From Mytilus californianus (taxonomy: Eukaryota), in NCBI RefSeq assembly GCF_021869535.1, contig NW_026262690.1:111786001-111850000 (forward strand): DNA of 64,000 nt. The letters are read 5' to 3'. The position numbers and the translations under genes were made by a program. The notes under the pieces are model-generated. The model saw only the letters and a list, made by a program, of their open reading frames with translations, made no database searches and was not told the origin of the DNA. Shown here piece after piece: positions 23,717 to 38,100 of this stretch (positions within the stretch are counted from its first letter, which is position 1; the number at the start of each line of letters is the position of its first letter).

Positions 23717-26260
23717 TCACAAGAGCGAGACCAATCGACCCCACAGCCAATCGTCGTTAATTGTTTTACGTAACATCAATAATTTGGTTCTTCAGTTAAT
23801 ATGATATAATACAATATCCAGAGCGAAATTTAAAATAAAATCTCTCATTTTTTATTTTTCTGCATTTTACTAATTAATGGACTGATTTTGTTTTACCGTT
23901 TAGATTAAAATACAATCTATGCTTTAAATTTTTTTACACAATAAAAAATTTGAAAAAATTTCATGGAATTTTGAGAAAATTCCTCATTGCCGAAGGCCGA
24001 ATGTTGAATTTTGGTTGATTACATATACGTCCTTTGAACTCTGGTGAAATTAATGGATAGTTTTCTTATTATCAATCATGTATATGCCAGGTGGATAGTT
24101 GTCTCATTGGCATGGATACCTTATCAGTCCCTTATCGACAAAGCCTAGTGGGACTATATGTTTGTACTCCGTCCGTCCGTCCGTCCGGCAAATCAGTTTT
24201 CCACACGCTTTTTTCCGATATTTGTTTCATAGTAATATCGTGACCAATTTCAGATCAAGTTCAAAAATAATTTTTCTGATGATTTTGTACAGGGTTATGG
24301 TTCTTAGACTTTATCTTCCCACAAAGGACTTTCTCAAATACAACCAATAACATAGCTACGAACAGGACTGTTGATTGGACTTAAATAATACTGATTCTTA
24401 TATTGCAGTAATTTTTGTTGATCCTGCAAAGAAAGTCACAAGAGCGAGAGAAATTGGTCTCACAGTCCATCGTCGTTATTTTTTTTTTTGCGTAACATCA
24501 ATAATTTTGTTCTTCACTAAATATATATGAACCAGAAAATATCCAGAGCGAAATTAAAAAAAATCTTTCCTTTTTTATCTTTCTGTATTTTACTTATAAG
24601 CGGACTGATTTTTTGCAATTAAGATTTAGATACAGTCTTTGATTAAAGGTTTTTTTAGACAATTATAATTTGTAAAAACTTCATGGAATTAAGGGAGAAT
24701 TTATCATTGTTGAAGGCCGTATGCTGACTTATTATTGTTTACATCCACGCCATTTGAATTCGGATAAAATTAATGAATAGTTGTCTCATTAGCAATCGTG
24801 TACATGCGAGGTGGATAGTTGTCTCATTGACCAGGGGTACCACATATCCTTATTAGTCCCCTACCGACAAAGCCTTATTGGACTTGATGTTTGCACTCCG
24901 TTCGACTGTCCGTCCGTCAGTCCAGTAAATCAGCTTTCCACACTTTTTTTCTTTTATTGATTTGATATTTGGTTTATATAACATAACCAGTTTCAGATCA
25001 AGTTCGAATTTTGTTTCTATCTGATGATGTTGTGCAGATTTATGGTGGACTTAATACAAAATACCAATATTCCACTTTTTTTTCGCTTTGCTTTAAGATA
25101 TTGATTTGTTATAAAGTTAAGTGGACTTTAGTTAGACTGATTCCTATATTGTTGTTACAAAAGTGCAAATAATCAGTTTTCAGCACATTTTTTGTTATGC
25201 TTAAAGATATTGATTTGATATTTTGTATGCAGTTTAACCATGACAAGTTACGTTTCAAGTTCAAATTATTTTGGGTTCGGAGGGGTTTGTTTTGCAGATT
25301 TATTGTCCTTGGGCTAATAAAAAATCATGCAAATAAACAGTTTTCCACACTTGACATTGATTAGGTATTTATTAGATAGACTAAGTGTAACCATGACAAG
25401 TTATAGATCATGTTAGAATTTTGTTCCAATACAATGAACTTTTAACCGGTTGGGGACTATGTATTGTCATGCAGTACTCAAAGAATGGGACAAATGCTTA
25501 AAATTCATCATGATCAAAAGACAAATTCTGGAGAAACATTTTGATTTTGTTCAAATCTTCTATATTTCCGTTGTTGAAGGCCGTATGCTGACCTTTGATA
25601 AATTACATCCTTGTCCTTTGAACTCTTCATTGAATTTTAGGAAAATTTCTCATTGTTGAAAGCCGTATACTGACTTGTTAGCGATAACATCCACGTCATT
25701 TGAATTTGGATGAAATTAATGGATAGTTGTATCATTAGCAATTATTTACATGCTAGGTTGATAGTTGTCTCATTGAAAATGATATCACATCTCCCTATTA
25801 GTCCCCGAACGACAAAACTTAATGGAACTTTATGTTTCCACTCCGTCCGTCTGTCTGTCCGTCTGTCTGTCCGTCCGTCCGTCTGTCCGTCCGTCCGTCC
25901 GAACGTTAGTCCGCCAAATCAAGTTTTCCACACTTTTTTCTTCGTGCTTGAAATTATAGATCTGATATTTATTTCATACAACATAGCCAGTTTCAAATTA
26001 AGTTCAAATTTCGCATGAATTGTTTCTTTCGGATGATTTTGTCCAGAATTATGGTCCTTGAACTTTATCTCCCCACAAATATTAATTTTTCAGCACTCTT
26101 TTGTTAGGCTTAAAGATATTGATTCGATATTGTATATAGTATAACCATGACCAATTATAGATCATATTATCAGTAAGTACCAGTACAATTAATTTTTAAC
26201 CGGATGGGGGCTATGTATTTCAATGCAATCTCAGAATGCTTGTTTTTAGGATGATTAGGA
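23717..26260 (+). repeat. Diverged tandem triplication of a composite unit containing pearl/Helentron-like pieces with (GTCC)n microsatellites
   Basis: GTCACAAGAGCGAGA block at 23717 and 24437. ...TTGAAGGCCGTATG...GGATAGTTGTCTCATT...TTAGTCCC...CTCCGTCCGTC blocks recur near 24000-24190, 24710-24920 and 25640-25900. Confidence 0.7.
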
Positions 26261-28421
26261 CAGATGCTTAGAAATCATCATGTTCAAAAGACAAATTCCA
26301 AAGAAAAAAAAGGATTTTGTGTTAATATTCTACGTTCCTGTATTTTACTGATAAATGTATCTAATATTTATTTGCAGTTACTATATGAAAACATTTAAAT
26401 GTACTGTCTAAGGATACGTTTTATTGATCTCTGCCTCCTGGATCATATTATATATGTCTGTTCAAAAACACGCTAATTCTCGTCACTAAGAGACCAATTA
26501 ACTAGAAGCTTTCATACGTGGTAGAATTTGTTTGCCATCATACTTTCTTGACAACACTACTGTTATTTAAAGTTATAAATTTTTGGGATAGACTGGTGTG
26601 AAGCAACTTAAATACCTTAACCATTGACTTTAGATGTTTATTTCTACTTTCCAAGACTTTCTCATGTCAATAGTCTTGTGGTTTACATGTGATAATTACT
26701 CAGATTCTTCAGATTGTTTTGTTTAAGAATTAAACAAACACAAAGATTGAAATAAACAATTTTCAGTTAATTTTCTTCTCAAAATTCTCTAGTTTTTATA
26801 TTTCCCTTTTTAATATGCTTTTATTTTACAATACGGAATATTAGCATTTAGCAAGTTATACATTTAGATATACGTTCATATGGAAATCAAGCTGTTTTCT
26901 ATTAAAAATGCAAAAGGGTTTCGGAATGAAATCTTTTCTGTCATTTAAGTGATTTATGACACATATTCCAAAAGAAAGTAAACATGCAAAATTGACGTTA
27001 TAAATCATACCTATAAGATGTCTTACCATGCACAATCAAGGTGAACACATTATGAAAAGTTTCAAAAGTTGGCAGGTATATTTGTTTTAAAGATATGATT
27101 ATGACAAGAGACCATTCTCTCAAAAGCTTTAATGCATGGTATTTTTCTTACTCTGGACAACATACTCTACCGTTATTAATATTTTTGCAGTTTTGAACTT
27201 GAAACATTTTGAGCCATATGACTCTTGAAACCATAGAATGACGGATTGACCTGTTTTAGCCTCGTATGAAAATAAATAAGAAAATGTGGTACGAGTGCCA
27301 ATGAGACAACTTTCCACCAAAGTCACATTGTATTAAAGGTTAACAATTATAGGTTAAAGTACGGCCTTCAGCACGGAGCCTTGTATATTTTATATTTGAC
27401 ACTGAGTATGTGGGATTGATTATTACACTCAGAAGGAATATTTTTGAATTGATTATGTTAGAATTTTCAAGAATGATCCAAATGTAAAACAAAATTTAAA
27501 AAAAATAAGAATATGGTTCATTCATATACATATGTATACATTGTAACAAAGAGATTGGCAAATTTTTCGGCGCAAAACTATCTTTAACTTCAATTAAATA
27601 GCGATTTCATGTGCAAATGAATTGTTTTTGAGAAATAATACTAATATCAATGGAAACAATAGGGATCTTATCCGTTAGAGCAAACCAGCTGACTGATTGA
27701 ATGAGTTTCTTTGAACGGATCATGACCACGAAGTAGTCTTGTAAAAATTGTTGGTCACATACCTCTAAAGACAAGAAATGCAGATTGTAAACGGTGATTT
27801 TAGCCTGGTAGAAATATATGCTTAACACTGAGTATGTGGAATTAATACGAACATTTACAAGGAATACTTTTAAAATAATTGAATTTGAAAATTTCCAAGA
27901 ATGAGATTAATGCATTTATTTCAGTTAAAAAACTATATTAAAATTGAAACAGACAGCAAATTTATGTGCAGTTTAAACTTTGTTTTAGGAAATAATACCT
28001 CTACAAATGGAAACAATAGCTATCTTTCCCCCCAGAGCTATCTAGCCCTTTGATTATGCTGTGCTGTAAACTAACTGTTTCATGAACGGGAAGAGTTGAG
28101 TACGCACAATAATGATAAGCATGTCAAATTCAGTTTGTTCCTGCCCTAAGTCAGGAGCATGTGATTCAGTGGTTGTTGTTGATTTCTGACTATCTTACTT
28201 GTTTTCATTCATTGTTTTGTTTATAAATCAGGCTGTAACATTGTGTCATATTGGGGTTTGCATACCTTACTAAACGGTATGGGTGTGATTCATTATTGAC
28301 CTACTGTGACCAATAGCTATTTGCATGTACATATGCGTTATTAAATTTGATCTCTATTGGATAATTTTCAAAAAAAAACATCTATAAATTATCATAACAA
28401 ATTATCATCTTATATTTACAG

Positions 28422-28632
28422 GCCATTGATAGATTGGATGGACAACAAATGAAGCAAGAGTGTGATAATTTAAAAACCAAACCTTTAGATCAAACCAATA
28501 GAGAAATAATGATCGACATCAAACGGTCAAATGATGAAATCGAAGAGCTAAAGAAATCTCATGAACATATGACAGAAGAAATGAAACAAATTAGGACCTC
28601 TCAGCAGGATACAGTTCCATGGAATATTAGAG
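28422..28632 (+). CDS. Gene A exon: end of HEPN region and coiled-coil linker (phase 0 to phase 1)
   Basis: TTTACAG acceptor and G|GTAAAC donor. AIDRLDGQQMKQECDNLKTKPLDQTNREIMIDIKRSNDEIEELKKSHEHMTEEMKQIRTSQQDTVPWNIR. Phases fit both neighbouring exons. Confidence 0.85.
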
Positions 28633-28687
28633 GTAAACAGTTTGAGGGGTTCAAATAACAATAAATTCAGAAGGTTTTTTTTATTCG

Positions 28688-28733
28688 AACGTGACTGACG
28701 AGTGTTTTGTAGACAAAACGCGCGTTTGGCGTA
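28688..28733 (+). ncRNA. Degenerate type I hammerhead ribozyme (retrozyme fragment) in intron 3 of gene A
   Basis: AACGTGA-CTGACGA-GTG(TTTTGTA)GAC-AAAA-CGCGCG-TT-TGGCGT, followed by the same tail as the 5183 copy. G12 to A change. Confidence 0.65.
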
Positions 28734-29058
28734 CACAATTTTCATCCTAGTACCTGTGATGAGTTTATTTTTAGACACATGTAAGAATCTATAATAAGAA
28801 GTAACTTGTACTTGTAGATGTTCAAAATTCCAACCTTGGTGTGTTTGATAAAACTAAATTCACAAAAATATAGAACTCCAAGTGAAATACAAAACAGAAA
28901 GTCCTTTTTAAAATGGCAAAAATCAAAAATTCAATCACATCTAACGAATGTCAGAATAGTTTAAAACGGGATGTAATGACGGTTACCTGAAAATAAAAAA
29001 AAAGTACTAGTAATAAAAGTCAAAGTTCAAAGGTGTCATATAAATCTTGAAAATGTTA

Positions 29059-31976
29059 CACTACTGTAACAACAGCCCATGAAAAGGCCGTGAAATGTCT
29101 GTGAAATATCACAGGGCCGTGAAAACCCCGTGAAAATACCCCGTGACTTTTGTAAAAAAAATATTTCTAAAGGCCGTGAAAAATATTTGATGTTAGAAAA
29201 AGACCGTGAAATTTCAATATCCCGTGAAAAGGCCGTGATAATTTGTCCTTTCATGCTTAATGAAAAATATCACGGCCTTTACACTGGTTGTTAAAACCAG
29301 TGAAAAGGCCGTGATATTTTTTCATGTCAATTTTTTCTTATCCTAATTCAGATTTAAAAAATTGAAAACAACACGTTAAAACATCCCATGTGATTATTGT
29401 AATATGGTCTGATTATTTCCACTCACATTTTCCTAAATATCCTATAAACTTTTCATTATAAATATATGTCTGTTTAAATATTATTATATGCAATACTACT
29501 GTACAGGACTGACTTTTAAAAGGAACCATTCATTGTTATAATTAATGACTTTGTGCCAATAAATATTTTGTATTTAAAGAAAAGTATTTTGCTTCTCGTC
29601 TGTACATTATTATAAACAATGTAAACATAAATTTTAATTGGAACCGAAACATGTAAAAACGAGAATTTCCCGGAATATCAGACCGTATCCGGATTCGTCT
29701 TTCTTTTAGAGTAATTGTAACATTTTCGCAAGGTTGGAAATTTGAAAGACGCCGAAGGTCGATTAATATTTACTTTATAGATGCAAGACGAGTGACAGCA
29801 AGTTTGAGGTAAGTTAAGTTATTAATATTTTATTCTTTTATGCATCATATCACCAAAATGTTGATGACGTTTGTGAGCATTTCCATTGAACTGATTTTCA
29901 CTGAATTTGCAGAAACCGCGCAAACATGCATGTGATATATTAACTTATATTTGAGTCTGTTGCACTTGATTCCTTTAATCATTTCGGTTAATGTTTTCTA
30001 AGACTTACCGAATCCTTTAAATACGATTACGGTTTTGTTTTGTTTATGTATTTGGGGAAAAAAAGGGGGGCCCTTTACCCCACACTGGCCACATAAAAAA
30101 AATGACATTTATGTACAGTACACTACGTAGACATAGACATAGATAATTGGAAATGATTATAATAGCAATAAGTATCTCTGAAATGGAGTTCATTCTGATA
30201 ATCAGAGGCGTAACCCCCTTTGAATCTGTCGGGAGCTATTTAAGTATTTTCTGACTTGGCCGTCGGGACACAGAGTTCAAAAGGGATTAATCAGAGGCGT
30301 AGCAGGGAAAGTATTTAATATTCGTACGGCAAAATGTCCTTTCTAGAAGGGTTTGTGCCATATCATAAGAATAATTGGTATGGCAATGAGGTGTTTAAAA
30401 AATAATTGGTATGGCGAATGTGCCTGCAGTAAAAGTTGCTACGCCCCTGGCCCCCTGTAAAATAAATAGCTGTGACTCATTACGGCTACTTAGTCTAGAC
30501 AAGTTTGGCTTTAGCCATACATATTATTGCTTCAAAGAAACATTTAAATTTAATAGTTTGTCTTAAAAGTGTCTTTAGTCTTTAAAAAAATCTAAAACAA
30601 ATATTATAAGTTGACAATACAGAACTTCGTTAGCTAATGATGCCATATTGGATAGGGGCAGATTTTCTGGAAAATGGTATGAAAATATGGGAAAATCTAT
30701 GCATGTTTCCAAGTGGCTGTTCTGTTTCAATGAAGTGTTTTAGTATTTTTCATACCATTTTCACTCCAGTATGAAAATCTGCCCCCTATTCAATATGGGG
30801 TCATTAACCGTGAAGTCCTGTATTGCATGGAATAATATAGTAGCTGTTTTAAGTACATGTATGTACATAAATGCCAAAAATTAATTTGAATATATAAATA
30901 TTTTTTTATATACATGTATAATATATGTAATGTTTCTTTATTTATTCTAGGAATGAAGAGCAAAAGGATATAGCAGTCTTTATATAAAATAGTTCAGGAA
31001 TCCAATTGGAAAGAAGAGCTTTTCAGTTAAAAATATTTCCTGGGAATTAACAGGAACTTCTATAAATGTTTTTCTGGAATAGTTATTCAAAAGGGCAGTG
31101 AAGTGAAGGATTATATTAGACAAATATTGCTGAAGTGGTAAAATCAGACCCAAGAGATGTACAAAATTTCTACAATACATGTTACAGCTGACTTTAGCTA
31201 CTTAATCACATTGACATTTGTGTGCTTTTATGTTTTCTTTACATAATTACTACAGTTCTATTAAAATTAATATTTAAATTCTTTGTCACAATTATTTCTA
31301 AAAAAAATACAGCATTTGAATATTGTTTTTCATAGTCTCACTTGCATTGTACTTAAATAAGTTGTCTGTAGATGTTTACACTAGGTTTTCAGGCATTTCA
31401 CTTCACTTGATTGAAACAGCATTTAAATTTTTTGTTAAATTATGGCCTGAAAAATACATTTAACATTTTATAGGAGTTTTCACAATCAGTGAATGGCTGT
31501 TTATCACAGTAGTACATGTACATTTCACGGTCTTTTCACAATGGGCACATAATTTATCACGACTTTTTCACGGTGTACATTTTTGTTTTTCACAGGGTTT
31601 CTACGGTCTCTTTACCCAAGTTTTCAGTTGGCACCTTTTCACGACCTTTTCACGACAAATAAAGGCATATACTGTACTATATCTACATTTCATGGTCTTT
31701 TCACAATGGGCACATAATGCATTATCACGACTTTTTCACGGTGTACATTTTTTTTTCACAGGGTTTCTACGGTCTTTTCACTCAAATTTTCTGGTGGCAC
31801 TTCTTCACGGCCTTTTCACAAACTTTTCACAGCCTTTTCACGACAGTCATTCCACGGCATTGTCACGGATAAGTTTCACGGCCCACCGTAAATTAACCGT
31901 GACAAACACTGTAAAAATCACCAGCATTTTTACGGACATTTTCACGGCCAATATACTGGGCATTGTTCCAGTAGTG
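29059..31976. mobile_element. Non-autonomous CACTA (EnSpm) element, 3-bp TSD TTA, intronic
   Basis: TTA|CACTACTGTAACAACAGCCCA ... TGGGCATTGTTCCAGTAGTG|TTA. Many CCGTGAAAA / TTTTCACGG subterminal repeats at both ends. Confidence 0.85.
30615..30825. mobile_element. Foldback MITE nested in the CACTA element
   Basis: CAATACAGAACTTC...GGGGCAGATTTT pairs imperfectly with AAAATCTGCCCCC...GAAGTCCTGTATTG. Confidence 0.65.
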
Positions 31977-32601
31977 TTAACTCTAATTATTTAGAAGACA
32001 GATTAATACTTTGACATTTTGGAAGTTAATTCTGGGAGAATATGCTTTTACATTTGAGTGTAAAAGGTTAAAACTGGTTGTTACAATAACTGTTTTTACC
32101 TTTGAATCAGGAAGGTCAACACTCGGAGGTTATATGATACTTAGGTTTATTTTACGAAATTACTTAAGTGTTATTTTCATTGGACATAATATGAGGAGGC
32201 GCCCAAGTTGATACATTGGAATGACAGAGGTCAACATTGAACTTATTTTGTAATTTGTAACTAGATATGTATTGCTTTACAGTTATGAAAACTTTTATGG
32301 TCCTTCTTTCTGTCAATACTCATCCCTTGTATTTGGCATTGCCCTACGCCCATGTTTTTCTCAATCTGTTTATGATTGTCTATTCACTTAATCTGTTGGA
32401 TATTTACTGATTGATACTGTATTCTGAGAGAATATATATATTTATTAATAATGTTGTCATTGGCTTTGACCTGACTTTCAGTAACTGTTAATACTCTTAA
32501 ATTCGTACTTTTTGTCGTTTGTGATATACCAATTGTTATTCATTCGTTTGATGTGTTTGAGCTTTTGATTTTGCCATTTGCTGAAGGACTTTTTATATGG
32601 T

Positions 32602-32686
32602 TGTAAAAGCGTTGACCGTACGAACGTTTTAAGAATGAAGCGTTTCCGCGCGTCATACAAAATGTACTTCGGTCAACGCTTTTACA
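32602..32686. repeat. 17-bp perfect inverted repeat (hairpin) ~90 nt upstream of the exon 4 acceptor
   Basis: TGTAAAAGCGTTGACCG (32602-32618) / CGGTCAACGCTTTTACA (32670-32686). Confidence 0.85.
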
Positions 32687-32778
32687 CCTAAATAAATTTA
32701 CAAAAAGAAGCATTCAAATCTTAAATACATTATATTTTATATACATATATTATTAATTTTCCAAAAATTATATTTCAG

Positions 32779-35144
32779 CAAGAATTGAAAAAATGCTCAA
32801 AACCTGGAAGGACAATGATGACAAGATGTTTATCAAGACTGGAGCTGCTGAGTATGTTCTCAAATGTATAACGGAACACAGTTGTGTAACTATTACAGGT
32901 AGTTCTGGTGTTGGGAAGACAGCAACAATTCGACACGTGGCTTTACAGATGGTAGATGAAGGATATGATATACTTATGGTGACGGAACCTGGTGACATTT
33001 TGAAATATAACAATCCTGATAAGAAAACTTTGTTTGTTTTTGATGATTTATGTGGAAACTTTTCTATGGACCAAAGTGACGTTAAAAGATGGGACCCATT
33101 CATTGAATATATAAAAATTATTTTGGAAAAGAAACAAACAAAAATTCTGGCTGCGTGTCGGATACAAGTGTACCAGGATGAAAAGTTTAAATCTTTATCA
33201 GTTTTTAAGTCATGCGTATGTAACCTGTTATCAGAGAACATGTGTTTATCAAAAACTGAAAAACAATCATTAGCAGAGTTATATCTGAAAACAAAAGCCT
33301 CAGAGATTACCGGCTATTATAATTTATATGATTGTTTTCCTCTATTATGTAAATTGTACCATGATAGTCCTAAACCTGATATTACAGATTTCTTTCAGAA
33401 TCCATTTTTAGTTTATGAAACAGAGATTAATAAGTTTTTTGAGAAAGGACATTACACTAAATACTGCGCTCTGGCTTTATGTGTCATGTTTAACAATAAG
33501 TTGAAGAAAAATATATTGACAGAAGAGGTAAATGAAGAAACAAGGACTATCATAGAGAACACATGTGAGGCATGTAGATTAGGCAGGGGAACATCAAGAC
33601 TTGTTTTACAAGATGAACTTGACTCACTTACACATACATTCATAAAGAAAGAACATTACATATATAAAATTTTACATGATAAAATATTTGACTTTCTTGC
33701 AAAGATTTATGGACAAAAAATGATCGGTTGCTTGATAAGGAACGCAGACATTGGGTTAATAAAGGAAAGATTTTTATTAGAAAGACAGGACAACATGGAT
33801 CAATTTATTACTTTAATACCTCCAGCGTATCACAAGATGTACATACATAGAATGATTGGCGACTGGTCAAAGGGTAAATTACAAGATGTATTTAGTAACA
33901 TCAATATGAAGATACCACAGTTTAGACAGAAAGTTCTCTTCTATCTGAATATATTAGATATATCTTACCAAAGACAACTGGCAAATATCTGTGATGAAAA
34001 TTATCAGTTTAAAACAAAAATTCCTATTTCGTTAGTTAAGAAAAAAAATCAAGATCAGGATGATATTTATGATACTGCTTTATTCTATTGTTGTGATATA
34101 GGAGATATTTCATTCTTACATTGGTGTTGTAATCGTTGTGTTAATGTAAACAGGTGCACCTATTCTGGTCAGTCATCCATATTGATTGCATCGGAACATG
34201 GTCATACTGAAATAGTTAGAATGTTGTTAGACAAAGGAGCAGACTTTGATAAATGTGACTGGTATGGTCAGTCACCTGTGATAATGGCTTGTAAACAAGG
34301 TCATATAGAAATAGTAAAGATGTTGTTAGACAGAGGCGCAGACTGTTATAAATGTGATTGTTCTGGTCAATCACCTGTACTGACAGCTTGTAGACATGGT
34401 CATACAAAAATATTACTTATGTTGCTAGACAATGGAGTAGACTATAATAATTGTGATGATGATGGTCAATCACCTGTTCAGACGGCTTGTAGACAAGGTC
34501 ATACAGAAATCGTAAATATGCTGTTAGACAGAGGAGCAGACTGTAATAAGTGTGATGATTATGGTCAATCTGCTGTACTGACGGCTTGTAGACGAGGTAA
34601 CACAGAAATAGTTAAGTTGCTATTAGACAGAGGAGCAGACTTTAATAAATGTGACAATAATGATCAGTCGCCTGTTATGAGGGCTTGTGAACAAGGCCAC
34701 ACAGAAATAGTTCAGATGTTGTTAGATAAAGAAGTAAACTATGATAAATGTAACCGGTTTGGTAATTCACTTGTAATGAAGGCTTGTGAACAGGGTCATT
34801 CAGAAATAGTAAAGATGTTGGTAGACAGAGGAGTAGACTTTAAGACATGTAATGAACGTGGTCAGTCAACTGTTATGAAGGCTTGTGAACAAGGTCATAC
34901 AGAAATAGTAAAGATGCTCTTAGACAAAGGAGTAGACTATAATAAATGTAACAAATTAGGTGAGTCACTTGTAATGCTGGCCTTGAAACATGATCATACA
35001 GAAGTAGTAAAGATGTTGGTAAACAAAGGAGCAGACTGTAATAAATGTGACCAATGGGGTGAGTCACCTGTAATGATGGCTTTAAAAAATGGTCATACAG
35101 AAACAGCGAAGATGTTGGTAGACAAAGGGGCAGATTGTAATTAA
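32779..35144 (+). CDS. Gene A terminal exon, open part: STAND NTPase (nSTAND3-like), winged helix and 10 ankyrin repeats
   Basis: TTTCAG acceptor, phase 1 fits the previous exon. Walker A GSSGVGKT (32898-32921), Walker B LFVFDD, CFPL (GxP-like), LHD (33672-33680, MHD-like), then 33-aa ANK repeats to TAA at 35142. Confidence 0.9.
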
Positions 35145-38100
35145 TTTGATGTTGATGATCAACCACCTATACTGAAGGCTTGTGGACAAGGTCATATGGA
35201 AATAGTAAAGATGTTGTTAGAAATAGGAGCAGACTGTAATAAATGTGACAGTGAAGATCAGTCACCTGTAATGATGGCTTGTAGACACGGTCATATAGAA
35301 ATAGTAAAGATGTTGTTAGATAAAGGAGCAGACTGTAATAATTGTGACAAGCTGGGTAAATCACCTGTACTGAAGGCTTGTGAACATTGTCATACAGAAA
35401 TAGTAAAGATTTTGCTAGACAGAGGAGCAGACTGTAATACATGCGACAAAGGGGATCAGTCACCTGTATTGATAGCTTGTGGACAAGGTCATGAAGAAAT
35501 AGTAAAGATGTTGCTAGATAGAAGAGCAGACTGTAATAAATGTGACAGAGATGACCAGTCACCTTTAATGAAGGCTTGTGAAGAAGGTCATGTAGAAATA
35601 GTAAAGATGTTGCTAGATAGAAGATCAGACTGTAATAAATGTGACAGAGATGACCAGTCACCTGTAATGAAGGCCTGTGAACAAGGTCATATAGAAATAG
35701 TAAAGATATTGCTAGACAAAGGAGCAGATTATAATAAATGTGACAGTAAAGGCCATTCACCTGTAATGAGAGCTTGTAAACAAGGTCATATTGAAATAGT
35801 TAAGATTTTGCTAGACAGAGGAGCAGACTGTAATACATGTGAGAGTAAAGACCAGACACCTATAATGAAGGCTTGTAAACGAGGTCATATAGAAGTAGTG
35901 AAGATATTATTAGACAGAGGAGTAGACTGTAATAAATGTGACCTGTGGGGTCAGTCACCTGTAATGATGGCTTGTGCACGAGGTCATAAAGAAATAGTAA
36001 AGATATTGTTAGACAGAGGTGCAGACTGTAATAAATGTGACAGTGAAAACACATCACCTGTAATGAGAGCTTGTAGACATGGTTATGTTGAAATAGTAAA
36101 TATGTTGCTAGATAGAGGAGCAGACTGTAATAAATGTACCAGGCATGATCAGTCACCTATAATGAAGGCTTGTAAACATGGTCATACAGAAATAGTTAAG
36201 ATGTTGATAGACAAAGGAGCAGACTGTAATAAATGTGACGATTACTATCATCAGTCTCCTTTAATGAAGGCTAGTGAACAAGGTCATTCTGAAATGGTAA
36301 AGATGTTGTTAGACAAAGAAGCAGACTGTAATAAATGTGACCTGTGGGGTCTGTCACCTGTAATGATGGCTTGTGCACGAGGTCATAAAGAAATAGTAAA
36401 GATATTGTTAGACAGAGGTGCAGACTGTAATACATGTAACAGGGATGGTCAACCACCTATAATGAAGGCTTGTAAACAAGGTCATATAGAAATAGTAAAG
36501 ATGTTGCTAGACAGAGGAGCAGACTGTAATAAATATGACGATGACCATCAGTCACCTATCATGATGGCTTGTGAACAAGGTCATACGGAAATAGTTAGTA
36601 TGTTATTAGACCACGGAGCAGACTGTCATAAATCAGACAGTGACGATCAAACACTTATTATGACGGCTTTGGAGCATGATCATACAGATATAGTAAAGAT
36701 GTTGTTAGACAGAGGAGCAGACTCCAACAAATTTGACACGTGGGGTCAGTCATCTTTACAGATGGTTTGTGGAAATGGTCAAACAGAAATTGTACAGGTA
36801 TTGATAGACAGAGGAGTAGACTATAATAGATGTGACGAGAATGGGAAGTCACCTCTATTTACAGCTTGTGAAGCTGGTCGTACACAAATAGTAAAGATAT
36901 TGTTAGATAGAGGAGTTTACTATAATAAATGTAACAAGCTGGATCAGTCACCTGTGATGATGGCTTTGAAATATGGATATACAGAAATAGTAAAGATGTT
37001 GTTAGACAAAGGAGCACACTGTAACACATGTCATGAACACGGCCGTTCATCTGTAATGGAAGCTTGCAAAAATGGTCATACAAAAACAGTAAAGATGTTG
37101 TTAGACAAAGGAGCTGACTATAATAGATGTTATAATTGTGGCCAGTTACCTGTAATGACGGCTTGTGAACATGGTAATATAGAAATTGTTAAAATGTTGT
37201 TGGACAAAGGAGCAGACTGTAATAAATGTGATCCACATGGTCGGTTACCTGTAACGGAGGCTTGCAAACATGGTCATACAGAAATAGTAACGGTGTTGTT
37301 AGACAGAGGAGCAGACTGCAATGAAAGTGATCAATATGGTCGGTTACCTGTAACGGAGGCTTGTAAACATGGTAATACAGAAATAGTAAAGATGTTGTTA
37401 GAAAAAGGAGCAGACTGTAATAAATGTGACATTGATGAGCGGTCACCCATACTGATGGCTTGTCAAAAAGGTCATTCAGAAATAGTAAATATGTTGTTGG
37501 ACAGAGGAGCAGACTATAAAAAAATTGACAAGTGGGATGATTCACCTGTAATGATGGCTTGTGAACACGGTTATAAAAATATAATAAAGATGTTGCTAGA
37601 CAAAGGAGCAGACTGTAATAAATGTGATAGTGATGATCAGTCACCTGTAGTAATGGCTTGTGAACATGGTCATACAGAAATAGTGAAGATTTTGTTAGAC
37701 AGAGGCGCAGACTGTAATAAATGTGACAAGTGGAGTAACTCACCTATACTAATGGCTTGTAAACATGGTCATACTGAAATAGTGAAGATTTTGTTAAACA
37801 GAGGAGCAGACTGTAATAAATATAACATAGATGATCAGTCACCTGTAATAATGGCTTGTGAACACGGTCATACAGAAATAGTAAAGATATTGTTAGATAG
37901 AGGAGCAGACTGTAATAAATGTGACAAGTGGAGTAACTCACCTATACTAAAGGCTTGTGAACATGGTCATACGGAAATAGTGAAGATTTTGTTAGGTAGA
38001 GAAGCAGACTATAATAAATGTAACATGGATGATCAGTCACCTTTACTAGTGGCTGGTGAAAATGGTCATACAAAAATAGTAAATATTTTGTTAGACAGAG

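Noticed and set aside
32768-33241. 157-aa minus-strand ORF
   Set aside because: Antisense to the NTPase domain, which has clear motifs on the + strand.
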